DNA of 62,986 nucleotides from Sphingorhabdus sp. (GTDB lineage Bacteria; Pseudomonadota; Alphaproteobacteria; Sphingomonadales; Sphingomonadaceae): NCBI GenBank assembly GCA_041738665.1, contig JBGSPK010000409.1, positions 1 to 62,986 of the forward strand, read 5' to 3'. Shown piece by piece: positions 20,116 to 30,108 of this stretch (position 1 is its first letter; each line of letters starts with the position of its first letter). The notes under the pieces were generated by a model. It saw only the letters and a program-made list of their open reading frames with translations, ran no database searches and was not told where the DNA came from. The position numbers and the translations under genes were made by a program.

Positions 20116-20738
20116 ATCCGAAAGATAGAGAAATGACCAAGAACAAAGACGTGCCGGTCAAGTCCGGCAAGAAAATGAAAATACTTCTGATTGCCGTAGG
20201 CGGCGTTGCGTTGCTTGGGGCTGGCGTTGGCGGCGGCATTTACGCCACGGGCGGGGTTGCCGACAAGCACAGTCAGGAAGAGGAGAATCGCCCCAAGCTC
20301 GTTTTGCGGGATGCAGAAACCACCGAAGTCGCAGCAGAAGGCGGCGAGGGAGAAGCAGCGCCGCTCAAGGTCGGAACGGTTTCGGTCAAAAACGACAGGG
20401 TAATCGTGGATCCCAAAAAATATGAGGTCACATATTATCCTCTTGAGCAGGCGTTCACCGCGAATTTGGCTGACAGCGCTGGATTTGTTCAGGTCGGACT
20501 GAGCCTTGCTACTTATTATGATGGCAAGGTGATATCGCATATCCAGAGGCAGATGGTCCCGATCCGCTCGGCTGTTTTGATGGTCCTGTCTCAACAGGAT
20601 GCCGATTTTCTGTCAACGCCGGAAGGCAAGCTTGCCCTCCAAAAGCAGATGACCAAGGCCATTAACACCGTGCTGCGCGAGAAGGAGGGCTTTGGCGGCA
20701 TCGACAACGTCTATTTCAGCAATCTGGTGATCCAGTGA
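20112..20738 (+). CDS. fliL: Basal body protein FliL
   Basis: N-terminal TM, FTANL, VYFSNLVIQ; the start may be 20133. Confidence 0.92.
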   Translation: MNPKDREMTKNKDVPVKSGKKMKILLIAVGGVALLGAGVGGGIYATGGVADKHSQEEENRPKLVLRDAETTEVAAEGGEGEAAPLKVGTVSVKNDRVIVDPKKYEVTYYPLEQAFTANLADSAGFVQVGLSLATYYDGKVISHIQRQMVPIRSAVLMVLSQQDADFLSTPEGKLALQKQMTKAINTVLREKEGFGGIDNVYFSNLVIQ

Positions 20739-21613
20739 ACGCGGCCAGAGCAGCGCTTGACCCAGCTCCGGTGTCGCTGACGCGAAGGCAGGATGACGCG
20801 CCGGCTTTCCCGGGCCTCAGTGCAGTAGGCGACCGCTTTGGTCGCGGCCTTGCCGATGTTCTGGCGCGATTTGGCTTTGGCGAAGTCCATGTGCGGGCAG
20901 ATGCATCGCTAATGACCAATGTGGGCGAGTGGCAGTCTACACGTTCTGCACAAGATGCCCTGTTACGCTTTCAGATGAACCCGATGAAAGGCGCAATGCT
21001 GTTGTCGCTCCCTGCGAAGCTGGTGGTTCAGCTGGTAGACCGGTTTTTCGGGGGCGACGGAATTTTTACCGATTCTCACAAGGAATTTTCTCCTGCCGAA
21101 CTCCGATTGCTCGGGCGACTGGGCGAAGCCTGTCTCCCGTTGCTTGCCGCTGCGTGGAAAGATGTGATCACCATCGAACCGCAGTTGATGGCGATGGAAC
21201 CCGATGGCCGCATCCCGGCCTTGGGTAATCCTCAAGAACCAATCGCTGTTCTGCCTTTTGCCGTCAGCGGACATTATGGGCAGTTTGAAATACAGTGCGT
21301 GTTCCAGCAAGCAGCGTTGCGGCCCGTTGAAGGTTTGATGGGTGGTTCGGCAAGCGATGTCGCAGAGCCAGTCGACACAATCTGGCAGTCGCTGCTGGGA
21401 GAGGCCGTGATGCAGGTGCGCCTGCCAATACGCTCGGTATTTGCCCGGCCCGAAATGTCGTTGGAAAAGCTCGTATCGCTGAAGGAAGGCGATCTTATTC
21501 CCATTCTGATGCCGCGCCATGTTCCAGTCAGTATCGGCGAGAAGTTATTCGCCCACGGCAGCGTCGGCGAGTCAAACGGGCGGACCGCCATCAAGATCGA
21601 ATCCCTATTGTAA
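20735..21613 (+). CDS. fliM: Motor switch protein FliM (short)
   Basis: VDRFFGGDG, EFSPAE and a C-terminal SpoA domain; synteny. Confidence 0.88.
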   Translation: MNAARAALDPAPVSLTRRQDDAPAFPGLSAVGDRFGRGLADVLARFGFGEVHVRADASLMTNVGEWQSTRSAQDALLRFQMNPMKGAMLLSLPAKLVVQLVDRFFGGDGIFTDSHKEFSPAELRLLGRLGEACLPLLAAAWKDVITIEPQLMAMEPDGRIPALGNPQEPIAVLPFAVSGHYGQFEIQCVFQQAALRPVEGLMGGSASDVAEPVDTIWQSLLGEAVMQVRLPIRSVFARPEMSLEKLVSLKEGDLIPILMPRHVPVSIGEKLFAHGSVGESNGRTAIKIESLL

Positions 21614-21627
21614 TCAAGGACAGAAAA

Positions 21628-21972
21628 ATGAGTGACATGACCGAAGCACCGAAATTCAGTTCAACCCCTGGCCAGCCTGGCGGCGGCCCAAATCTCCGCC
21701 AGAGCGTTAACCTCGATTATTTTGGCGGTGTATCCTTGCGGATATCTGTCGAGGTCGGTTCGACTTCGCTACCGTTGTCCGATATCCTGAAACTGGCTGA
21801 AGGCAGCGTTGTGGAACTCGACCGTCAGGCACATGATGTGCTCGACATCTTTGCCAACGGTACCTTGATCGCCAAGGGCGAGGTCGTCACGGTCGAAGGG
21901 CGCTATGCGGTACGTGTAACCAAAGTGGTTGCCGCAGAGTCCAGGTCGCACGGCTATGAGCGCCGGACCTGA
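21628..21972 (+). CDS. fliN: Motor switch protein FliN
   Basis: SVEVG...GSVVELDR...ANGTLIAKGEVV. Confidence 0.95.
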   Translation: MSDMTEAPKFSSTPGQPGGGPNLRQSVNLDYFGGVSLRISVEVGSTSLPLSDILKLAEGSVVELDRQAHDVLDIFANGTLIAKGEVVTVEGRYAVRVTKVVAAESRSHGYERRT

Positions 21973-21974
21973 TC

Positions 21975-22262
21975 ATGTTTGAGTATATCTTACGCCTGTT
22001 CATTCTTGTTCCGCTGGTAGGTGGGATGGCCTGGGGATCGCTGTGGCTGTGGCGCAAATCGCAGCTCGGGATGCCCGTCATTCCAGGATTCTCGCTGGCG
22101 GCTAAACCCGGACGCAAAGCACAATTGGTGGATGTCGTTCCTCTTGGCAACGGCAGCAAGATGGTCGTGGTCGAGTTTGGCGACAAGGAACTGCTTATTG
22201 CCGTCTCGCGTAACCAGATTTCGCTGTTGAGTGAAAACGAGAAGGGCGATTTTCATGCTTAG
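21975..22262 (+). CDS. fliO: Flagellar protein FliO
   Basis: N-terminal TM plus a short beta domain, between fliN and fliP. Confidence 0.85.
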   Translation: MFEYILRLFILVPLVGGMAWGSLWLWRKSQLGMPVIPGFSLAAKPGRKAQLVDVVPLGNGSKMVVVEFGDKELLIAVSRNQISLLSENEKGDFHA

Positions 22263-23007
22263 GCCAATCAAATTTGTGTCAGTCCTGTTGCTCTTTGCAG
22301 GTGCGGCGAGTCCGGCATGGGCCCAATCCGGCCAAGCGCTTGAGGGAGCAGTCCAGGCAATCTCCAGCGACGGTAAATCCTTGTCGCTTTCATTGCAAAT
22401 CTTGCTGTTGATGAGCCTGTTGACGGTATTACCATCACTTTTGCTCATGATGACGAGCTTCACCCGGATCATCATTGTCCTGTCAATCCTGCGCCAGGCG
22501 CTGGGGCTTCAGCAAACCCCGCCCAATCAGGTGCTTGTAGGGCTCAGCCTTTTTCTCTCGCTATTTATAATGCAGCCGGTGCTCTCCGACATCAACCGCA
22601 ACGCGATCGAGCCCTATGGCAGGGATGCGATTTCGATTGAAGATGCCATTGCCCGCTCGGGCGAAGCTTTTCATGGTTTCATGATCAAGCAGACGCGTAA
22701 ATCTGACCTTGCGATGTTCGCCAAGATTGCCAATGCGCCTGCTTTTGAAAGCAAGGCACAGGTTCCATTCTCTATATTGTTGCCGGCTTATGTAACCAGC
22801 GAACTCAAGACCGCTTTCCAGATCGGCTTTTTAATCTTTCTGCCGTTTCTCATCATTGATCTAATTATCGCTTCGGCGCTGATGTCGCTTGGGATGATGA
22901 TGCTGTCTCCAACAATCATTTCAATGCCGTTCAAGCTTTTGCTTTTTGTCCTCGTCGACGGCTGGGCGCTGACGATGGGCTCACTTGCCAGTTCCTTTGT
23001 GAGGTAA
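22255..23007 (+). CDS. fliP: Export gate protein FliP
   Basis: MTSFTRIIIVL, QQTPPNQV, SELKTAFQIG, LFVLVDGW. Confidence 0.97.
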   Translation: MLRPIKFVSVLLLFAGAASPAWAQSGQALEGAVQAISSDGKSLSLSLQILLLMSLLTVLPSLLLMMTSFTRIIIVLSILRQALGLQQTPPNQVLVGLSLFLSLFIMQPVLSDINRNAIEPYGRDAISIEDAIARSGEAFHGFMIKQTRKSDLAMFAKIANAPAFESKAQVPFSILLPAYVTSELKTAFQIGFLIFLPFLIIDLIIASALMSLGMMMLSPTIISMPFKLLLFVLVDGWALTMGSLASSFVR

Positions 23008-23010
23008 ACT

Positions 23011-23280
23011 ATGGACGCAGATTACTTCATTGGCGTTGCCCAGCAGGCGCTGTGGATACTCGCACTTGGTTCGGCACCAATATTATTGCCAGCATTGGTG
23101 GTCGGTATCATACTCGGCATGGTTCAGGCCGCTACCTCGATCAACGAGGCGACGCTGAGTTTTGTACCCAAGCTGATTGTTGTTGCAGCTTCGCTGGCGT
23201 TATTCGGCAGCAGCATCATGATCCTGCTCGTCGATTTCACGCGCGAGATTTTTGCCCGTATTCCCGACCTGCTCCAATGA
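23011..23280 (+). CDS. fliQ: Export gate protein FliQ
   Basis: QAATSINEATLSFVPK. Confidence 0.97.
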   Translation: MDADYFIGVAQQALWILALGSAPILLPALVVGIILGMVQAATSINEATLSFVPKLIVVAASLALFGSSIMILLVDFTREIFARIPDLLQ

Positions 23281-24056
23281 TACCTGCTAGCTTTGGCAAT
23301 ATCGAGCAACAGATTCTGATCTGGCTGCTGGCGATGATCCGTCCGGGTGCAGCCTTTCTGGCCGCGCCGATCTTCGGAGCGGCCTCTGTTCCGATCCAGT
23401 TGCGCCTTATCCTTGCCCTTGCAATTGGTATACCCGCAGCAGCAGCGTCGCAAATGGGGGTGCCTGCCGAAGGCATATTTACGCTGCAGGGGTTGCTGTA
23501 CATTTTTGCTGAAATTCTTGCTGGACTTGCCATGGGCTTTTCGATCCAGATCGGTTTCGCCAGTGCCTTGCTGGCTGGCGAGGTCATCAGCAACACGATG
23601 GGCCTTGGTTTTGCCTCGATGGCTGACCCTGTTGGCGGGCAGATGAGCCCGGCCATCGGACAATTTCTGTCGATGCTGGCTACGTTCCTTTTCCTGGCGA
23701 TGGACGGTCATCTGGCTTTTGTCGCAATGATCGTCGAAAGCTATCGCCTGCTACCACCCGGCGACGCCTGGATGTCAGTCTCAGCGCTGGGATCGCTCGT
23801 GGAATTTGGCGGACTGGTTTTTGCCGCAGGTCTGTCCATCGCGCTGCCCGTTGGATTTGCCATGTTGCTCGTGCAGATTGTCATGGCGATAATCGCGCGC
23901 TCGACTCCAACTCTCAATCTGTTTTCCGTCGGGATGCCGGCAACGCTGCTCGCAGGTGTGGTATTGCTCGCAATGGCTACTCCGGTCATGTCAGAGTCGC
24001 TTCAGAAGATTTTGGGCGAAACATTGGCGCAAGCCGCAAGTCTGGGCGCTAGATGA
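23277..24056 (+). CDS. fliR: Export gate protein FliR
   Basis: MGLGFA, FLAMDGH, RSTPTLNLF; the ATG overlaps the fliQ stop. Confidence 0.95.
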   Translation: MIPASFGNIEQQILIWLLAMIRPGAAFLAAPIFGAASVPIQLRLILALAIGIPAAAASQMGVPAEGIFTLQGLLYIFAEILAGLAMGFSIQIGFASALLAGEVISNTMGLGFASMADPVGGQMSPAIGQFLSMLATFLFLAMDGHLAFVAMIVESYRLLPPGDAWMSVSALGSLVEFGGLVFAAGLSIALPVGFAMLLVQIVMAIIARSTPTLNLFSVGMPATLLAGVVLLAMATPVMSESLQKILGETLAQAASLGAR

Positions 24057-24059
24057 GCC

Positions 24060-25217
24060 ATGTCCGAAGCGCCTGACAGGGACCAGCAAACCGAAGCGCC
24101 CACCGCCAAGCGGCGCGCGGATGCAGCGCGCGAAGGCAATATTCTGCAGTCGCGCGAGTGGGCAACCGCACTGATGATGCTGGCGGGCGCAGCCTGGATC
24201 ATGTTTGCAGGACCGTGGTTTGTTGCGGCATGCTCGCGACTTGTCTCATCCGGGCTTACATTTTCAGGCGAGGCAGTCCAGGATTTCGATCCGGCGCTGG
24301 CTTTTGCGCAATTGCTGGCGCACGTCATATTACCGCTGGCCAGTCTCCTGGCGATCACGATTGTTGCGGCGATTGCAGCGCCAGCTGCGCTGGGTTCGTT
24401 TGGATTTCGTGGCGGTGCGCTGAGCGTCAAACCTGCCCGCCTAAATCCAGCATCCGGTTTAAAACGCATGTTTGGCATGAACGGGCTGATTGAACTCGGT
24501 AAAGCGCTGCTCAAGGCAGCGATGCTGGGGTATATCGGCTATTGGCTGATTTCGCGCGACCTGGCGATGATGATGGGTTTAAGTACGGCTGATATCATAC
24601 CTGCAATTCGCACCGCTGGCAGTAGCATGGTAATGACCGTCCTGTACCTTGCCCTCGGCCTGCTGCTGATCGCCGCCATCGATGTGCCTGTCCAGATATT
24701 CAACCGCAACGCCAAGCTGCGGATGACGAAGCAGCAGGTGAAAGAAGAAATGCGCCAGTCCGAAGGTGCACCCGAACTGAAACAGGCGCAGCGCCAGCGC
24801 CAGCATGCCATATTGTCAGGATCAGCCCGAAAGGCGATGGCCGAAGCAACCGTTGTGCTTACCAATCCAACGCATTTTGCGGTTGCGCTGCGCTATCGGC
24901 CGGGACGAGATGCGGTGCCGACTGTTGTGGCCCGGGGCCGCGAAGAGATTGCGGTGGCGATCCGCGAACTTGCGGCGGAAAATGCAGTCCCCACGCTCAG
25001 TTATCCGCAACTTACCCGGGCCATTTATTTCACCACCAGGGCCGGCCAGGCGATTTCAGAAGATCTATATATTGCCGTGGCAACGATCCTGGCATTTGTC
25101 TTCAACATCGAACGGGCAATGGCCGAAGGTGTTTCGCGGCCCGAAGTGAGCATACCTGAGAGCAAATATTTTGACGAAAATGGCAAGAAGCAGCGCCTTC
25201 GCCGGAGCGGCGCTTAA
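24060..25217 (+). CDS. flhB: Export protein FlhB
   Basis: TEAPTAKR and the NPTH autocleavage motif. Confidence 0.97.
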   Translation: MSEAPDRDQQTEAPTAKRRADAAREGNILQSREWATALMMLAGAAWIMFAGPWFVAACSRLVSSGLTFSGEAVQDFDPALAFAQLLAHVILPLASLLAITIVAAIAAPAALGSFGFRGGALSVKPARLNPASGLKRMFGMNGLIELGKALLKAAMLGYIGYWLISRDLAMMMGLSTADIIPAIRTAGSSMVMTVLYLALGLLLIAAIDVPVQIFNRNAKLRMTKQQVKEEMRQSEGAPELKQAQRQRQHAILSGSARKAMAEATVVLTNPTHFAVALRYRPGRDAVPTVVARGREEIAVAIRELAAENAVPTLSYPQLTRAIYFTTRAGQAISEDLYIAVATILAFVFNIERAMAEGVSRPEVSIPESKYFDENGKKQRLRRSGA

Positions 25218-25240
25218 TCTTTTTTCATAAGTGCCGTCAT
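25214..25240 (+). promoter_or_regulatory. Putative sigma28 promoter of fliDS
   Basis: TTAA-N15-GCCGTCAT. Confidence 0.6.
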
Positions 25241-25259
25241 TCATCAAAAGGAAAAAGAC

Positions 25260-26633
25260 ATGGTACAATCGATAGCCTCCAGCCTCGGCTTTGGCTCAGG
25301 GATAGACACAGCTGCTCTGGTAGCTGATCTGGCGGCTGCGTCGCGCGAGCCTAAAATAAAACGGCTCGATGCGCTTGCCGCAGCGAATCAGGCCAAGATA
25401 AGCACGCTTGCCAAAGCACGTTCCGATCTCGAAGGATTTGCAACGACGCTGGCCGAAGTGGTCAGCAGCGGTGACTTGCGTAGCCAACCCACTGTTTCTG
25501 ACAACAATGCCTTGTCTGCCACGGCCACGTCCGGAGTGCGCCTCGGCAACTTGGCTGCGGAGATCGAAATCACCCAGCTTGCCCGCGCCCAGACCGTCTA
25601 TTCGGCTTTTGTTGTGCCCACTGACCCAGTGGGGCAGGGCGGGCTTACCCTCACGGTCGGAGTTCAGAATTATGCCTTGTCCATTGGACCTGGCAATGAC
25701 AGCCTGCAGGGTCTTGCAGATGCTATAAACGCAACTGGCAGCAATGTGCGGGCCAATATCATCATGGATGGTGCAAATGCGCGCCTGGTGCTCAAAGGCC
25801 AGACCGGCGTCGCGCAGGCATTTTCGTTAACCGCCGATGCGGGTGCTGACCCGGCGCTCGAGCGCTTTGCCTATGGGAGTGCGTCAGGCCAGATGACACT
25901 GGGCCAATCGAGTGTCGATGCGACATTCAAAATCGATGGCGTCGCTTATACGCGGCCGTCCAACAGTGTGAATGACGTTCTTGCAGGAGTAACGCTGACA
26001 CTTAAAAAAGCAGCTGCGGGTGTTCCGGTCGCGATCAGCTCCACGCGCCCCACTGAAACGATCAAGCAAACGGTGGCCGACTTCATATCGGTGTTTAACA
26101 CTCTTAAAAACGACGTCGCTGCAGCCCGCAGGGAGAATGGCGGTGACAGCGCAATGCGATTGTTCGACCAGCAGCTGAATGCACTGATCACCAAGTCTGT
26201 GACCAGCGAACCCAACATCAACAGCCTTTCCGATATCGGAATCGCTTTCACTAAGACTGGCACCGTCAGCGTGGACGAAGCGAAGCTGGCAGCGATATTA
26301 GCATCCAATCCCGATGCAGTCGAAGCGATGTTCAACCCGCTGCGCGACGGCAGCCACGATTCAGTAACAGATCCGGGCTTATCGCTGACGTTACAATCGA
26401 TCAAGACGCAGGCCACCGCATCGAATGGAGCGCTTGAGGCATTGCGGAGCAGGCTGGAAAAGGCCGCAGCACAAATCGTGGATAATCGGAGCAAAGTGGA
26501 AACACGTGAGGATGCCTATCGTGCCCGGTTGGAAAAGCAGTTCGGTTCGATGGACGCACGCATAGGTGCACTGCGCGCCACGCAAAGCTATCTCGAACAA
26601 CAGATCAAATTATGGTCCAACGAGAAAGCTTGA
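25260..26633 (+). CDS. fliD: Filament cap FliD
   Basis: LGFGSGIDT N-terminus, QLARAQ, C-terminal QFGSMD...QSYLEQQ. Confidence 0.95.
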   Translation: MVQSIASSLGFGSGIDTAALVADLAAASREPKIKRLDALAAANQAKISTLAKARSDLEGFATTLAEVVSSGDLRSQPTVSDNNALSATATSGVRLGNLAAEIEITQLARAQTVYSAFVVPTDPVGQGGLTLTVGVQNYALSIGPGNDSLQGLADAINATGSNVRANIIMDGANARLVLKGQTGVAQAFSLTADAGADPALERFAYGSASGQMTLGQSSVDATFKIDGVAYTRPSNSVNDVLAGVTLTLKKAAAGVPVAISSTRPTETIKQTVADFISVFNTLKNDVAAARRENGGDSAMRLFDQQLNALITKSVTSEPNINSLSDIGIAFTKTGTVSVDEAKLAAILASNPDAVEAMFNPLRDGSHDSVTDPGLSLTLQSIKTQATASNGALEALRSRLEKAAAQIVDNRSKVETREDAYRARLEKQFGSMDARIGALRATQSYLEQQIKLWSNEKA

Positions 26634-26643
26634 AGGCGCTCAG

Positions 26644-27036
26644 ATGAATAATCATATTAGAACTCAGGCGGCCCGAAACCATTATGAGGCGCTCGCTTTG
26701 TCCAGCCGCCTCGAGGCGACCGGACCCCATGGATTGGTCGTAGTCCTCTACGAAGAGCTGCTGCGCTCGATCGATGTAATGGCTGTCGGCCTTGGCCGCG
26801 GCAAAGATCTGGCGAATGAAGCTCACAGCGATCGTGCACGGTCGATACTGACTGCGCTCGAGGCAAGCCTGGATTTCGAGCGCGGCGCTAAGGTCGCCGA
26901 GCTCCTGGCTGGCGTCTATCGTGCGATGCAGGGGCAGTTGCGCAAAGCGATCGCGGCAAATGATCCCCTGATGCTGGCCGAGCTTCGCGAAGGCGTCACG
27001 GCGATTGCCGAGGGCTGGAACGGCATCGTTCGATGA
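26644..27036 (+). CDS. fliS: Flagellin chaperone FliS
   Basis: PHGLVVVLYE, SLDFERG, IAEGW. Confidence 0.92.
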   Translation: MNNHIRTQAARNHYEALALSSRLEATGPHGLVVVLYEELLRSIDVMAVGLGRGKDLANEAHSDRARSILTALEASLDFERGAKVAELLAGVYRAMQGQLRKAIAANDPLMLAELREGVTAIAEGWNGIVR

Positions 27037-28083
27037 TCAGCAGGCTTTGCCGACCCCATGTTTGCGGATTTTCTCAATCAGTGTCGTGCGCTTCATTGTG
27101 AGCAGACGTGCAGCTTCAGAGATAACACCGTCTGCCATTTCAAGGGCAAGTCGGATCTGTTCGAGCTCAACCGCTTCCATCATGTCTTTCAGATTTACCG
27201 GTTGCGGCGGCAGCAAAGCTGTGGCGGTGCGTGCAGACTGATTGCGCAAGTCACGTCCGGTCAGGTTGCGCTTTCGCGTCAGGTCGAGCAACTGTTCGAC
27301 TGCCAAAGCATCAAGCGTCTCGCCACCATGAAGTACGCGTGCCCGTTCGACGACGTTGCGCAGTTCGCGTACGTTGCCCGGCCAGTCATGCGATTGCAGA
27401 CGCGCAATACCATCAGCGGTAAACGCTATGGGTGCTCCTTGTTGCCTCGAACTTTGAAAATGGTCGACGAGTAACGGGATGTCGCATGCCCGGCTGGCGA
27501 GATCGGGAACTTGCACTGGCACAACGCTGAGACGAAAATAGAGGTCTTCGCGAAACCGGTTGTCGTCGATTGCTGCGCTGATATCCTGATGTGTTGCGCA
27601 GATGATGCGAACGTCTACGGCTATGGTGCCGTTGCCGCCAACGCGCGAGATCAGGCGCTCTTCCAGCACTCGCAGAAGCTTGACCTGCATATCGAAGCGC
27701 ATGTCGCCAATTTCATCGAGGAACAGCGTCCCGCCATCTGCTTCTTCGAACCGGCCAACGCGGCGTTGTTGAGCTCCGGTAAAGGATCCGCGTTCATGAC
27801 CGAACAGTTCAGACTCAATCAGTTCAGCGGGAATGGCGCCGCAGTTAATGGCTATGAATGGCTTGCCGCGCCTTTCGCTTGCGTCATGGATGGCTTTGGC
27901 AACCACTTCCTTGCCTGACCCCGATGGCCCAGTGATCATAATCGATGCAGATGAGGGCGCGATGCGGTCAATCAACTGGCGCAAGGACACCATAAATGGA
28001 TGAACACCGACTATTTGCTCTTCAATGGTGGGAGCATATTCCAGAACATTTTCTTCAATAACAACGCTCATGCTAAATTCCAT
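27037..28083 (-). CDS. fleQ: sigma54-dependent flagellar master activator (FleQ/FlrA-like) with no N-terminal sensory domain
   Basis: [38 protein letters not shown] and a C-terminal Fis-type HTH; the AAA+ domain starts ~20 residues from the N-terminus. Confidence 0.9.
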   Translation of the reverse strand: MEFSMSVVIEENVLEYAPTIEEQIVGVHPFMVSLRQLIDRIAPSSASIMITGPSGSGKEVVAKAIHDASERRGKPFIAINCGAIPAELIESELFGHERGSFTGAQQRRVGRFEEADGGTLFLDEIGDMRFDMQVKLLRVLEERLISRVGGNGTIAVDVRIICATHQDISAAIDDNRFREDLYFRLSVVPVQVPDLASRACDIPLLVDHFQSSRQQGAPIAFTADGIARLQSHDWPGNVRELRNVVERARVLHGGETLDALAVEQLLDLTRKRNLTGRDLRNQSARTATALLPPQPVNLKDMMEAVELEQIRLALEMADGVISEAARLLTMKRTTLIEKIRKHGVGKAC

Positions 28084-28127
28084 CTAAATATAGATTTAAT
28101 TCGTTGAGCCAAAAGTCGTCTGATATG

Positions 28128-28143
28128 GTTAAGAGCTAGTTAA
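28128..28143 (-). promoter_or_regulatory. CtrA-binding box upstream of fleQ
   Basis: Minus strand TTAA-CTAGCTC-TTAAC matches TTAA-N7-TTAAC. Confidence 0.7.
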
Positions 28144-28293
28144 TCAAGAAAGTCGGAAAAGCAAAATAGGGGACATTACAACCATTTTGGATTTAATATA
28201 TACCGACAATAGCAAATATTGTTACAGTATAGGCAATATCCTTCAATATATTGACTGAATTACTTCCAAAATGGTTGCGATTTTTACGCTCGA

Positions 28294-29157
28294 TTACGGA
28301 CCTTCGCGATCGCCCTGCATCCACGCCAGCGTTATCGACATCCGTCTGTTACGCGGGTCATAATGATCTTGCGGGATATAAGGCTCCCTGTCGGCCACCC
28401 CTTCAATGCGGGCAAAGCGCTGCCGGACGACGCCTGATCGCATCAGAAAGGCCCGCGTAGCCTCAGCCCTTGCCGCAGACAATTGCCAGTTATTGTCGAC
28501 CGATCCGCGCATATAGGGAAGCGCGTCGGTATGGCCGCGAATGACAAGGGCATTGGGCGTTTCCGAAATTACCGACGCCACCTGCTGGAGCAACTGGCTG
28601 GCATCGGGCGTCAACCGGTTTGTACCTGAGATAAACATCGTGAAATCGGCTTCATCGACCATATCGATGCGCAGTCCCTGGCGGGTATCGGTAAAACGTA
28701 TATTCTTGCGGAAGCGCAAAATGTCCCGTCTTTGCTTCAGCCGTTCGGCAAGTGTTTTCTTCATTCGCTCGAAACGCGAGCGGTCACGGGCAATCGCCTG
28801 GGATTCCTTGGGGCCACCGGTGGCATCAACAGGAATGGTCAGCGAGCGTGTTCCCGTCTGGCCGGCGCGGTGAGGGTAGCTGTCCACCGATACGATGGAA
28901 TCACCGCCGAAAAAGCCGTTCGAACCTGCGCTTTCCTGTTTGGTCTGAACCAATGTCGGCGCGAAATAGTCGGCAAGCGCCTTGCGCTGCTTTTCCGTCG
29001 TCGCACCGATCAGCCACATCAGCAGAAAGAAAGCCATCATTGCTGTTACAAAGTCGGCATAAGCAACCTTCCATGCGCCCCCATGATGACCGCCATGCGG
29101 CGCGGCATAGATTTTCTTGACGATAATCGGACGGACAGGTTCGTTCTTGATCGCCAT
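28294..29157 (-). CDS. motB: Stator protein MotB
   Basis: HGGAWKVAYADFVTAMMAFF; OmpA-like GHTD...NWQLS...NRR. Confidence 0.97.
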   Translation of the reverse strand: MAIKNEPVRPIIVKKIYAAPHGGHHGGAWKVAYADFVTAMMAFFLLMWLIGATTEKQRKALADYFAPTLVQTKQESAGSNGFFGGDSIVSVDSYPHRAGQTGTRSLTIPVDATGGPKESQAIARDRSRFERMKKTLAERLKQRRDILRFRKNIRFTDTRQGLRIDMVDEADFTMFISGTNRLTPDASQLLQQVASVISETPNALVIRGHTDALPYMRGSVDNNWQLSAARAEATRAFLMRSGVVRQRFARIEGVADREPYIPQDHYDPRNRRMSITLAWMQGDREGP

Positions 29158-29158
29158 C

Positions 29159-30022
29159 TCACCGTCCCCGCATGCCGTCGAAGACTTCGGCAAAGCTTGG
29201 CTGGTTGGAATGTTCAATACCGGATCGTGCAGCCTCGATCACCAGCGGTTGCGGGTGGCCGTGAAGGGAAGCAATGATGATTTGCTTGACCACGTGGTAA
29301 ATGGCGGCATCGGATTCGATTACCTGCTTTGCCCGGTTGGCAAAAGGACCAACCAGGCCGTACGCCAGAAGCACGCCCAGAAAGGTGCCGACCAGCGCCG
29401 AACCGATCATGCCGCCCAATATCTCGGGCGGCTTGTCAATTGAGCCCATTGTCTTCACAACCCCAAGCACTGCGGCAACGATTCCCAATGCGGGTAGCGC
29501 GTCTGCCAGACCCTGCAATCCCTCGGCCGGCTTCGATTCATGATGATGATGGGTCTTAATGCTGTTATCCATGACATCCTCGACTGCATATGGATCGAGC
29601 GTGCCTGAAGATACGACGACAAGCCGCAACGTATCGGTGATCAAATGGATTAATGTCTGGTCTTTGAGCAATTTGGGATATTCGGCAAAAATCACTGACT
29701 CACCTGGATTTTCGATATGTGGTTCAAGCGCGACCGGCCCGTCGGTTCGAAATATCTTCATCAGTTTGGAAACCAGAAATATGCAGTCGAGATAGTCCTG
29801 CTTTACATATTTTGGACCCTTGAATACCTTCCCAAGGCCGCCACCCAATGCTTTGAGATCCTTGACCGAATTGCCGATAATCAGCGCACCGAGACAAGCG
29901 CCGCCGATAATCAGCATTTCATGGGGCAGCGCATGCATGACTGGTCCGAGGTTGCCGCCAGTTAGCGCAAAACCCCCAAAAACCATGACAAGCAGGACAA
30001 TGATACCGACAATTGCAAGCAT
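29159..30022 (-). CDS. motA: Stator protein MotA
   Basis: LPALGIVAAVLGVV and ALVGTFLG. Confidence 0.97.
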   Translation of the reverse strand: MLAIVGIIVLLVMVFGGFALTGGNLGPVMHALPHEMLIIGGACLGALIIGNSVKDLKALGGGLGKVFKGPKYVKQDYLDCIFLVSKLMKIFRTDGPVALEPHIENPGESVIFAEYPKLLKDQTLIHLITDTLRLVVVSSGTLDPYAVEDVMDNSIKTHHHHESKPAEGLQGLADALPALGIVAAVLGVVKTMGSIDKPPEILGGMIGSALVGTFLGVLLAYGLVGPFANRAKQVIESDAAIYHVVKQIIIASLHGHPQPLVIEAARSGIEHSNQPSFAEVFDGMRGR

Positions 30023-30108
30023 AGTTGCTCTGGCCCCATTTCAGTTACAGGGCACAAAATTGGCCCATCCGGATGAAAGAACGGCAGCTTCCGGATTTTC
30101 TTCAGTGT

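Noticed and set aside
23052-23276. Extended N-termini in the ORF track (fliR, and likewise fliC, flgB, flgI, motB, radC)
   Set aside because: They overlap upstream genes or promoters; downstream starts fit RBS position and family N-termini better.
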